Made by a program: the position numbers and the translations under genes. Under the pieces are notes generated by a model that made no database searches, was not told the DNA's origin, and worked only from the letters and a program-made list of their open reading frames with translations. Source: Halanaerobiales bacterium (GTDB lineage: Bacteria > Bacillota > Halanaerobiia > Halanaerobiales > M55B127). Taken from it: a stretch of DNA of 64,000 nt. The stretch's first letter is position 1, and each line of letters starts with the position of its first letter. The DNA is taken from assembly GCA_021736945.1 (NCBI GenBank), contig JAIPEX010000001.1, positions 4,864 through 68,863 of the forward strand. Reading direction: 5' to 3'. Shown here piece by piece: positions 1 to 7,741 of this stretch.

Positions 1-836
1 AAATGGTCACATGCATAGAGGTCTCCATTATGTTCCATAGCTAAAGCTTTTCCGCATTGTTTTGAAAACATACATAAACTTGGTTCCCTACCATACCAAG
101 CATTAGCACATTGTTCAAAAAACTGTATATAAATCTCACCATAATCATTTAATAACCAATTATCAAATATTTCTAATAAAAATTTTCCATACTCCATAGG
201 GTCTACTGATCTTTTAGTAACTTTACCATTCTTATCAGTCTCTACAAGAGGTATAAATTGTAAAAAATTCATGTTATGTTTTTTGTAAAAATTATATACT
301 TCTAAAGGTTTTTTAACATTAGATGAGTTTACTACACATAAAATATTTGTTTCTACATCAAATTTATTCAATAATTGATAGCTTTCCAAAACTTTTTTAG
401 TAGTGTTTTCTTCTGAATTAGTTTTACGATATATATCATTTAAATGACCTGGACCATCGATACTAAGACCAATTAAGAAATTTTCTTTTTTAAAAAAGTT
501 AGCCCATTTTTCATCAATTAGTAAACCGTTAGTTTGAAAGTTATTTTCAATCTCCCAATCTTCTGGTACATATTTTTTTTCTAGACAGACTGCTTTTTTA
601 AAAAAATCTAATCCTCTCAATGTCGGTTCTCCACCTTGCCAATTAAAAGAAATCACAGGCCCAGGGTGTGCTTCTACATATTGCTCGATAAAATTTTCTA
701 ATAATTTTTCACTCATTTTATACTCTTTTACATTTGAATAATATTTTGTTTTGTCTTTATAATAACAATATTTACAATCCATATTGCAAAGAGGGCCAAT
801 TGGAAATACCATAATATTAAATGGGACTGAATTCAT
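1..836 (-). CDS. anaerobic sulfatase-maturating enzyme (radical SAM/SPASM family), N-terminal part; the C-terminus runs off the window
   Basis: My own reverse-complement translation from the ATG at 834-836 gives MNSVPFNIMVFPIGPLCNMDCKYCYYKDK...ISFNWQGGEPTLRG...LIGLSIDGPGHLND. It has the CxxxCxxC radical-SAM motif and a GGEP motif, with RBS AAGGAG upstream. The frame is open to position 1. It is absent from the ORF track because it has no stop inside the window. It sits directly downstream of a Cys-type sulfatase. Confidence 0.8.
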   Translation of the reverse strand, partial: MNSVPFNIMVFPIGPLCNMDCKYCYYKDKTKYYSNVKEYKMSEKLLENFIEQYVEAHPGPVISFNWQGGEPTLRGLDFFKKAVCLEKKYVPEDWEIENNFQTNGLLIDEKWANFFKKENFLIGLSIDGPGHLNDIYRKTNSEENTTKKVLESYQLLNKFDVETNILCVVNSSNVKKPLEVYNFYKKHNMNFLQFIPLVETDKNGKVTKRSVDPMEYGKFLLEIFDNWLLNDYGEIYIQFFEQCANAWYGREPSLCMFSKQCGKALAMEHNGDLYACDH

Positions 837-871
837 TATAAGAAAATCTCCTTATTTCAACTTATATTTTT

Positions 872-2188
872 CTAATAGTAACCATCTTGTTTATCTACAT
901 AATCCCAAATATCATCAGCAGATTTATCAGAATCTCTGTTTATTAAAACGTCCTCAAATTCTGGAAGTTCGCCCTTTTTAATTGGGTCATCTGTTTTAAT
1001 CATCCAATTATCTAACTTATTTCTCATTTCTTCTAAAATATCCTTATGAGAAGAATCATTGATTAAATTATTAGATTCATTTGGATCTAATATCAAATCA
1101 TATAATTCTTCTTTCTGAATATATTTATTTCCCCAACCATTTTCCAATAAAACATCTTTTGTCAAGCTTTCATCTGTATTGCTCAAAAGGGGTTTCGTTC
1201 TGTTTCTAAATCTTCTAATATATTTCCATCGCTCAGTTCTAACGGCTCTCATGGGTTCATAAGCAGTATGAAAATTAACTTCTGCATATATTTGATTATG
1301 AATACTTTCAGTTCCATCTTTAATTAGCGGTAATACAGACCTTCCTTGCAGCCAATCAGGAGCTTCAATGCCTAATAAATGACACAGTGTGGGATATATA
1401 TCTATATGTGAAACCATTGAATCTATAACTTTGCCTCCAGTAAAACCCTGTGGTCCTCTAATTATTAATGATACACCAATTCCAGTATCTTTTAAGGTAC
1501 ATTTCATGTCGGGAAAAGGTAATCCGTGGTCTGTTGTAAAGATAATAATTGTATTATCATATAATCCTTTTTCTTTTAATGTATTTAAAACCTTACCAAT
1601 TCCCTTATCCAGAACTGCTGCACTCTCTTTAAATGCTGCCATATCTTTGCGTATTTTGGGTGTATCTGGTAAAGAAGAAGGTGGATTGGTATATTTAATT
1701 TCTTCTTCATCCTTTATTTCATGAAAAGGGCGGTGAGTTTCTTCATATCCAACACTTAGAAAAAAGGGAGTATCTATATTATTCTTAATAAAATCAACTG
1801 CTGAAGGAGTAACATATTTAGAATAATTATCTTCCACCTCTAATACATTATCATAACCAATAGTTTTAGGGTTTCTCCGAATATGCTGCATCCCAATTAA
1901 AGTTGATTTGTAACCCTCATTTTTTAGTAAATTAACAATATGTTTATCAATTTCTGGTAATTCAAAACCTCTGTTGACAAGTCCATATTGCCCATTATTG
2001 TGAGGGTATTGGCCAGTTAAAAAGCTAGCTCTGCTTGGAGAACAAGTCGGGGCTGCACTAAAAGCTTTTCTAAAAAGAACACCTTCTTTAGCTAATTTTT
2101 TTAAATTTGGAGTTGAAACAGAATAACCATAGGGTTCAATGTAACGGCCCGTATCATGTGAGTGAATATATAATATATTTGGTTTCAT
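872..2188 (-). CDS. Cys-type sulfatase (arylsulfatase family), apparently cytoplasmic
   Basis: 438 aa ORF. The N-terminus starts directly with NILYIHSHD (metal-ligand region). It carries the formylglycine motif CSPSRASFLTG and an FTTDHG motif. No signal peptide is visible. RBS GGAGGAGGAG lies upstream. Confidence 0.9.
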   Translation of the reverse strand: MKPNILYIHSHDTGRYIEPYGYSVSTPNLKKLAKEGVLFRKAFSAAPTCSPSRASFLTGQYPHNNGQYGLVNRGFELPEIDKHIVNLLKNEGYKSTLIGMQHIRRNPKTIGYDNVLEVEDNYSKYVTPSAVDFIKNNIDTPFFLSVGYEETHRPFHEIKDEEEIKYTNPPSSLPDTPKIRKDMAAFKESAAVLDKGIGKVLNTLKEKGLYDNTIIIFTTDHGLPFPDMKCTLKDTGIGVSLIIRGPQGFTGGKVIDSMVSHIDIYPTLCHLLGIEAPDWLQGRSVLPLIKDGTESIHNQIYAEVNFHTAYEPMRAVRTERWKYIRRFRNRTKPLLSNTDESLTKDVLLENGWGNKYIQKEELYDLILDPNESNNLINDSSHKDILEEMRNKLDNWMIKTDDPIKKGELPEFEDVLINRDSDKSADDIWDYVDKQDGYY

Positions 2189-2191
2189 ATT

Positions 2192-2389
2192 TCACTCCTC
2201 CTCCAACTCTTTTTTTATTTCATCATACTGTTCTTTACTAATTTCTTTGTTTTTATATTTTTCATCAGCTTTTTTTCTTACATAACTCTTAGTTTCTTCG
2301 CTCTTTTTAGAACTGGCTTTCTTTAAAAACCCTTTTTTATATAAATAATAAAATGCCATACCCATAAAAGCAATAAAGAAAAAAGTCAT
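2192..2389 (-). CDS. small membrane protein with a C-terminal SHOCT-like motif
   Basis: The ORF track gives 70 aa from a GTG at 2404. I prefer the ATG at 2389 (GAGG 9 nt upstream). It has a hydrophobic N-terminus (MTFFFIAFMGMAFYYLY), then a Lys-rich linker and EISKEQYDEIKKEL, which resembles the SHOCT consensus. Confidence 0.45.
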   Translation of the reverse strand: MTFFFIAFMGMAFYYLYKKGFLKKASSKKSEETKSYVRKKADEKYKNKEISKEQYDEIKKELEEE

Positions 2390-2411
2390 TTTAATATACC
2401 TCACTTTTGTT

Positions 2412-5249
2412 TTATTTTAGCCTATCTATTAACTCATCTTTTTGTACTGCTTCAAAAGTTCCATTTTCTAAAGAATAAAAACTCTTTTTATCTATTTGCT
2501 CATCTAAATATTTAATTTGTTCAGGGTGACATGTCAGAAAGAATATTTGATTGCTATTTTTTAGATTATTAATGATTTTAAATATATTTCTCAAATGATT
2601 CGGATCAAAATTAACTAAAGAATCATCAATGATGACAGGCAAAGAAGGCTTTATTTCCATAATTCTATTAATTCTAATTGCCATATATAATTGTTCTCTA
2701 GTACCACGACTTAAATGATCTATTTCATTAAATATTTCACCTTCCCTTAGATGAACTTTAAAATTGGGTTCAGTTAAACTATCTAGAGGTTCAATTTTAC
2801 TATATTCGCCTGAAGTAATTTTATGCAAGATTTCACTAGCTTTACCTAATAATTTATCTTTTTTTTCATTTAAAAACTTCTGCCAATAGTTTTCTAATAA
2901 GTAGGAAGCTATTCTATTTTTTGCATACTTTTCCGCTAATGGTTTTAAATTTTTCCTTGCTCTATTTATTTTATTTTCAGCTTTAATTAATTTTTCTTCA
3001 GTAGCAAGTTTATTCATATTTAAATTTATTTCTTCTTTTTTGTTTTTAGCATTATCTAACTTTTTATTTAGATCTTCAAGCTCGTCTTTTACAGTTTCAT
3101 AGACTTCAGTTATATGTTGAAAGGAAACATATTTACTATATTCATCTATAAACACAGATATCATTTCTTTTTGTTCAATATTTTCTTTTAGTTCAAAAGC
3201 ATTTTTCATTTGTTCTGTTATATTTGTTAATTGACCTTCTATATCTTTTATTCTCTCTCTTTTCTTATTATATTCGTTTGATAATTTTGCTAACTTTTCA
3301 TACTCCTTGACCTTAGTATACAAATTATCATTTTTATCTCCTATATATTCCATTCCCTTTAAATTATTTATTTCTGTTCGTATCTCTTTTCTCCTACTAT
3401 TCTTGTTTTTTATTTTTTTAATTATTTTGTAGATTTCATTTAATTTTTCTATATACTTAATTATATTATCAGTATTCTCAATGATATTTTTATTGTTGTA
3501 ATTTGGATAATGCAATATATTATCAAAATTATTTAAAAAGTTATTAATCCTTTTTAATTCATTTTCAAATTTTTCTTTTTTATTTTTAAATCTTTCTTTA
3601 CGTCTTTTATATTCAATGTACTTATTTTTTAATTCTATTACATCCTCATAATAATCTTTTAATAGTTTGGGCTGAATTTCTTCACCCAAATTTAAATGAT
3701 CTTTTAATTCATTAAACTTAATTTCGATTTTCTCTTTTTCTTTAAATGTTTTTTCTAAATCCTGCTCTATAAGACTTTTGTTGTTTGCTAATTCTTCAAT
3801 ATTATCTTTAATATTTTTCTTTTTTCGAATTTTTTCTTCACTTCTGCTTTTAGTAAAATAATATTTATAAAATAAAATTATATCAAGTATATATAAACCC
3901 GAAAATTTCCAATCAATAAATAATAATGAGGTTACTATAATAGTATATATTATCAATATAGCTATATATTTTTTGGATTTATTCGATATTTCATCTTGGT
4001 CAGAAATTTCTCTTAATTGTTCTTTTTTTGCATCCATTTTATGTTCTAATTCATTTATCTTTTCATTTTTATTAGTGATTTTATTGATTAGAGTTTCATA
4101 TTCATCAACTAACATTCTCAATTTGTTTTTATATTCAATATCAGTATCTATTTCTAAAAGTCTATCTAAGTTTTCTGATATATCATTACTCAAAGTTGCT
4201 GCTTCTTTTTTTAAATTTGTATGTTTTGTATTTAAAGAATTATCTTCTTCTTTTAAATTTTTATATCTTTCTTTTAGACCAGATTTAATATTATTATATT
4301 TTTCTATCTGATTTTTTTGTTGTAAGATTGTTTTCTCTATTTCATTTTTATACTGTTCACCTGTATATTCTTCAAATTGGCTTAGAAGTTCAGTGAATTC
4401 TTCATTTATTTCCTCATAACTTTTATATAATACTAGCGCTCTATCAGGATAAAAATTGTTCTTTTCAATGGGAATATCATTATACTTATCTTTATTAATT
4501 TCTTCCTTAAGTTGGATTCTTTCCTCAATCTTTTTATAATTACTTTTTATTAAATCTAATCTGTTCTTTTTTTTCTTTTTCTTATTTAATTTTTGCTTGT
4601 AACCTGCAATTTTATCAATTATCTCTTTTTTTTCATTTTTTAGATTATAATATTTTTTTACTTGAGATTTTGCTTCTTTTTTTAATTTTATACCTTCTTC
4701 GATTATTTGGTTATATTCTTTAAAATCATATACATTAATTTTACCAGATTTCCCACCGATATTACTAGCTTGAGTTTTAAAATATTCTTTTAACTTTGGA
4801 ATCAATGTATATTCTTTTAATCCCGCTCCCATCAATACCGACTGTAGTTTTTCCTTATCATCTACTCCTGTAGGTATTTTTTTTAATTCTTCTAAGGTAA
4901 TAGTAAAAAGCTGATTATAAGTAAACTGATCTATATCAGCAAATATATTTTCGATCTCATCTTTTCTATTATTTAAAATATTTACTTGAGGATTGGCATA
5001 TCCATTTATCAAAATATTATAATCATTATTTCCATCAGTCATTATTGCTTCAACATTGTAACTATTACGAGCAGGTGGAATAATATCTTTATTAGGAAAT
5101 CCATATCCTAAATATCTTAATACTTTAAGAAAAGAAGTTTTACCTGCTCTATTTCCACCACCAATTATATTAAAATGAGGATTCAGATTTTTTAATTCTG
5201 CATTTGCAAATATACCAAAATCGCGTATATATATATCTTTATATCTCAT
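2412..5249 (-). CDS. SMC/Rad50-like AAA ATPase of the YhaN (SbcE) type
   Basis: 945 aa. N-terminal Walker A is GGGNRAGKTS. The central ~800 aa are Lys/Glu-rich coiled coil. The C-terminus has the signature-like LSRGTREQLY and Walker B LPVIIDDSLVNFD. Its start overlaps the stop of the upstream nuclease gene by 1 nt (TAATG). Confidence 0.75.
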   Translation of the reverse strand: MRYKDIYIRDFGIFANAELKNLNPHFNIIGGGNRAGKTSFLKVLRYLGYGFPNKDIIPPARNSYNVEAIMTDGNNDYNILINGYANPQVNILNNRKDEIENIFADIDQFTYNQLFTITLEELKKIPTGVDDKEKLQSVLMGAGLKEYTLIPKLKEYFKTQASNIGGKSGKINVYDFKEYNQIIEEGIKLKKEAKSQVKKYYNLKNEKKEIIDKIAGYKQKLNKKKKKKNRLDLIKSNYKKIEERIQLKEEINKDKYNDIPIEKNNFYPDRALVLYKSYEEINEEFTELLSQFEEYTGEQYKNEIEKTILQQKNQIEKYNNIKSGLKERYKNLKEEDNSLNTKHTNLKKEAATLSNDISENLDRLLEIDTDIEYKNKLRMLVDEYETLINKITNKNEKINELEHKMDAKKEQLREISDQDEISNKSKKYIAILIIYTIIVTSLLFIDWKFSGLYILDIILFYKYYFTKSRSEEKIRKKKNIKDNIEELANNKSLIEQDLEKTFKEKEKIEIKFNELKDHLNLGEEIQPKLLKDYYEDVIELKNKYIEYKRRKERFKNKKEKFENELKRINNFLNNFDNILHYPNYNNKNIIENTDNIIKYIEKLNEIYKIIKKIKNKNSRRKEIRTEINNLKGMEYIGDKNDNLYTKVKEYEKLAKLSNEYNKKRERIKDIEGQLTNITEQMKNAFELKENIEQKEMISVFIDEYSKYVSFQHITEVYETVKDELEDLNKKLDNAKNKKEEINLNMNKLATEEKLIKAENKINRARKNLKPLAEKYAKNRIASYLLENYWQKFLNEKKDKLLGKASEILHKITSGEYSKIEPLDSLTEPNFKVHLREGEIFNEIDHLSRGTREQLYMAIRINRIMEIKPSLPVIIDDSLVNFDPNHLRNIFKIINNLKNSNQIFFLTCHPEQIKYLDEQIDKKSFYSLENGTFEAVQKDELIDRLK

Positions 5250-6547
5250 TAAAGATCCCTTCTTTCAATGATCTCTTTAATTATTTCATCTTTGGCTTCT
5301 TCAAATAATTCTTCTAATATTTGATCAGTAATTTGGAATTCTTTAGGATCCTGATTTTCTAAATCAACTTGTGGATTCCATATATCTCCCATTTGTTTTT
5401 TTATGTCTTCTACCTTCTCTTCATTCCCCTTGATATTACTCATAAATGAAATTAATTCTTTAATAAATGGATCTTTTTCAATAATATAATCTAGATCCTG
5501 TATTTTTTTAGATGTACGATTAACTACATCATTAATAAACATGGAAGGCATTCGTCCACTATAATATGATCTAAGATTATTTATAATATCTTCTATTGCC
5601 TCTTCTTCCTGTTCTTGAAACATATCATATAAGTTTGTTTTTCCTTTTAGCAGTACTCTTATAATATATCCTTGCACTTCTTTATCCAATGATTCGTAAT
5701 ATTTATCTATCTCTTTTTTTAAAAAATATATCAATTCCGAAAGAGTATCTTTATTGAGTTCACTTAAATTTATTTCAAGCCGTTCAAAAATATAATCAGA
5801 TGTTTTTTTAAATTCATAATAAGTATTTTCAGGTTCTAAATTGACTAAATAATACCCGCCTATTCCAGTTTCACCAATATCTCTACCTTGAGGAATACCA
5901 GGATATATAATATACGGGATATGGTCGTTTATAACTTGATTTTGATGAATATGTCCTAAAGCCCAATAATCAATATGTTCATTATCCAAGAGATCTTTTT
6001 TAGATACTGGCACATAATTTGAATCATTTGGATCTAGTTGAGTATGTAATAAACCAATATTATAAACACTCTGGTCTGGTGCAGTATAGAAAGTACACAT
6101 TTTTCTGGATTCAGAACTACCTCTATATGATTGTCCTAAAACCCTAGCAATTAATTTTCCTTCTTCATATATTTCAAAAGTACTAACCTCTTCTGTATCA
6201 CATATTTTAACATTCTTCGGTAATTGCAAGAGTTCCCCTTCCCTACGATATGGGTCGTGATTACCATTTATTAAATATATATTTATACCATGTTCTTTTA
6301 ACTTTTCACATTTTTCTTTAAAATAACGTGTTGCCTTAACAGATCTCGATTCATTATCGAAAACATCTCCAGAGATTATTAGAAAATTTACATCATTTTC
6401 TATAGCCGCTTCTATTATTTTATCAAACGAATTATATACTGCATTCTTATAACCTTCATCTAAATCTGAATCAAAATCTTTATTAAGCTGAATACGGCTA
6501 CCTAAATGTAAATCAGCTGTATGTATAAATTTTACAGATGGCTTCAT
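5249..6547 (-). CDS. metallophosphoesterase DNA-repair exonuclease (SbcD/Mre11-like, YhaO type)
   Basis: 432 aa. Calcineurin-like motifs are present: HTADLHLG, SGDVFD, GNHD, GHIH. It is paired with the SMC-like ATPase downstream. Confidence 0.8.
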   Translation of the reverse strand: MKPSVKFIHTADLHLGSRIQLNKDFDSDLDEGYKNAVYNSFDKIIEAAIENDVNFLIISGDVFDNESRSVKATRYFKEKCEKLKEHGINIYLINGNHDPYRREGELLQLPKNVKICDTEEVSTFEIYEEGKLIARVLGQSYRGSSESRKMCTFYTAPDQSVYNIGLLHTQLDPNDSNYVPVSKKDLLDNEHIDYWALGHIHQNQVINDHIPYIIYPGIPQGRDIGETGIGGYYLVNLEPENTYYEFKKTSDYIFERLEINLSELNKDTLSELIYFLKKEIDKYYESLDKEVQGYIIRVLLKGKTNLYDMFQEQEEEAIEDIINNLRSYYSGRMPSMFINDVVNRTSKKIQDLDYIIEKDPFIKELISFMSNIKGNEEKVEDIKKQMGDIWNPQVDLENQDPKEFQITDQILEELFEEAKDEIIKEIIERRDL

Positions 6548-7119
6548 TTTATACCATTCCTTTTTTTGATAGCTATTACTTCTGGAGGATTTTTCTTCTG
6601 ATTAATAAAATGATAATGTAATACATTATATTTTTTGTAATTTAGTCCACGAGCAAAGTTCAAAACTGCTGCTTTTTCTTCACTTCCACCTTCATGTTCA
6701 GAATATATGACAATTACTATCAAACCTCCTTTAGCTAAAATATCTAAAGATATATTTAATGAAGTTATAGTAGTCTCCTTTTCAGTTTTAACTTCTTTTT
6801 TGGAACCCGGTAGAAATCCTAAATTATAAATAATCCCATCTATTTTTTTATTTACATACTTATCTATATTTTCATGACCATCATTAATATAATCTATATT
6901 AATATTAAGCTCTTTTTCTTCAATCTTTTTTTTGGTATTATTAATTGCTTCTTTTTGAATATCAAAAGCATATAATTTACCATTAGAATCTATTTTGTTT
7001 GCTAAAAATAAAGTATCTTTTCCATTACCACAGGTTGCATCAACAAGAATATTCTTGTTTTCTAGATAATTATTAAACAACCAATGAGAAAATTCTACAC
7101 CTTGCATTAAATCCATCAT
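6544..7119 (-). CDS. class I SAM-dependent methyltransferase, YtqB/MnmM-like (tRNA mnm5s2U-type methyltransferase family)
   Basis: 191 aa. Motifs VDATCGNGKDTLFLA, YAFDIQ, YNLGFLPG, GGLIVIVIYSEHEGG and FINQKKNPPEVIAIKK match my recollection of B. subtilis YtqB. There is a 4-nt ATGA overlap with the nuclease gene. Confidence 0.7.
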   Translation of the reverse strand: MMDLMQGVEFSHWLFNNYLENKNILVDATCGNGKDTLFLANKIDSNGKLYAFDIQKEAINNTKKKIEEKELNINIDYINDGHENIDKYVNKKIDGIIYNLGFLPGSKKEVKTEKETTITSLNISLDILAKGGLIVIVIYSEHEGGSEEKAAVLNFARGLNYKKYNVLHYHFINQKKNPPEVIAIKKRNGIK

Positions 7120-7243
7120 AAAACCTCCAAAAACTCTTATTATATATTATTATTTCTAGAAAAGTAAGAAAACACCTGTATGTATTATTACAAAAGAAAG
7201 AATACTTTCTTAATACGACTTCATCAGAAAAATTTAGACAATT

Positions 7244-7273
7244 AAAAAACTGCCGGGAAAATATCCCCGACAG
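7244..7273 (-). terminator. rho-independent terminator after the small ORF
   Basis: The minus strand reads CTGTCGGG-GATATTTT-CCCGGCAG (8 bp stem with one G-U) followed by TTTTTT. It lies 21 nt after the stop at 7295. Confidence 0.6.
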
Positions 7274-7294
7274 TTTCTTGTAATCATTTAGAAT

Positions 7295-7417
7295 TTAGAA
7301 AAAATAAAATCCATTATTTTTCAACAGATCATTAATTACTTTATCTCTGTAATTATTACTGTTGAATTGGTGATTATATCGTTCCTTCTTCACCTTTTTC
7401 TTGTAGAATTTAAACAT
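7295..7417 (-). CDS. hypothetical 40-aa Lys/Asn-rich protein (not in the ORF track)
   Basis: My own translation gives MFKFYKKKVKKERYNHQFNSNNYRDKVINDLLKNNGFYFF*. A strong RBS (GAAAGGGGGA) sits 7-8 nt upstream of the ATG. It has its own promoter-like element and terminator. No homology could be checked. Confidence 0.4.
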   Translation of the reverse strand: MFKFYKKKVKKERYNHQFNSNNYRDKVINDLLKNNGFYFF

Positions 7418-7527
7418 TTCAAATGTCCCCCTTTCATAAATTTGGTAGGGAACATCCTCGCTACAACTCTACTTTGTTCCAATATATAAAATTAATACTA
7501 CTCAATTTAACTCTTATTCTTAAGACC

Positions 7528-7556
7528 AGTATAACTTAACTTTCTAGTTATTGCAA
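7528..7556 (-). promoter_or_regulatory. sigma-70-type promoter candidate for the small ORF
   Basis: The minus strand reads TTGCAA - 17 nt - TATACT. It would give a ~100-nt 5' UTR. Confidence 0.35.
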
Positions 7557-7622
7557 TAGTTTATTTACATTTATTTTAACAAAAATTATTAAAATATTTT
7601 AGTATGTTTACACAAATAAAAA

Positions 7623-7697
7623 TGGTACCCCTAGCAGGAATCGAACCTGCGCACTCGGCTCCGGAGGCCGATGCTCTATCCACTGAGCTACAGGGGT
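7623..7697 (-). tRNA. tRNA-Arg (anticodon CCG), CCA encoded
   Basis: The reverse complement is ACCCCTGTAGCTCAGTGGATAGAGCATCGGCCTCCGGAGCCGAGTGCGCAGGTTCGATTCCTGCTAGGGGTACCA. It folds as a cloverleaf: 7-bp acceptor stem, GCTC/GAGC D stem, TCGGC/GCCGA anticodon stem with loop CTCCGGA, and GCAGG/CCTGC T stem with TTCGATT. Confidence 0.93.
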
Positions 7698-7712
7698 TTA
7701 TAACATATTAAA

Positions 7713-7741
7713 ATTATATTACACTTAAATATTAAAGTCAA
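7713..7741 (-). promoter_or_regulatory. sigma-70-type promoter candidate for tRNA-Arg
   Basis: The minus strand reads TTGACT - 17 nt - TATAAT, ending ~15 nt upstream of the tRNA 5' end. The -35 overlaps the ABC-F stop codon. Confidence 0.5.

Noticed and set aside
784-981. 65-aa plus-strand ORF spanning the sulfatase/anSME junction.
   Set aside because: It is antisense to the anSME start and the sulfatase end, both of which have strong support. The product has no recognisable features.
4555-4580. The long A/G homopolymeric run encoding KKKKKKN in the ATPase gene, considered as a slippery or phase-variable tract.
   Set aside because: The reading frame is intact across it. The run is interrupted by G every 3-8 nt. 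Lys-rich coiled coils in AT-rich genomes commonly produce such runs.
7195-7212. The hairpin AAGAAAG-TATT-CTTTCTT upstream of the methyltransferase gene, considered as a second terminator or regulatory element.
   Set aside because: The 7-bp stem is mostly A-T (two G-C pairs) with a weak T-tract. It is indistinguishable from chance structure in AT-rich intergenic DNA.
2412-7697. The idea that tRNA-Arg marks an integrated island, or that the methyltransferase + nuclease + SMC-ATPase trio is a Lamassu/Wadjet/RM-like defence system.
   Set aside because: No integrase or recombinase is present, and no direct repeat of the tRNA 3' end was seen by eye. Composition looks like the rest of the window. 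The methyltransferase motifs are YtqB/MnmM (tRNA) type rather than DNA methyltransferase type. The nuclease/ATPase pair matches the housekeeping YhaO/YhaN (SbcEF) architecture. It is kept only as a lower-key finding about operon coupling.
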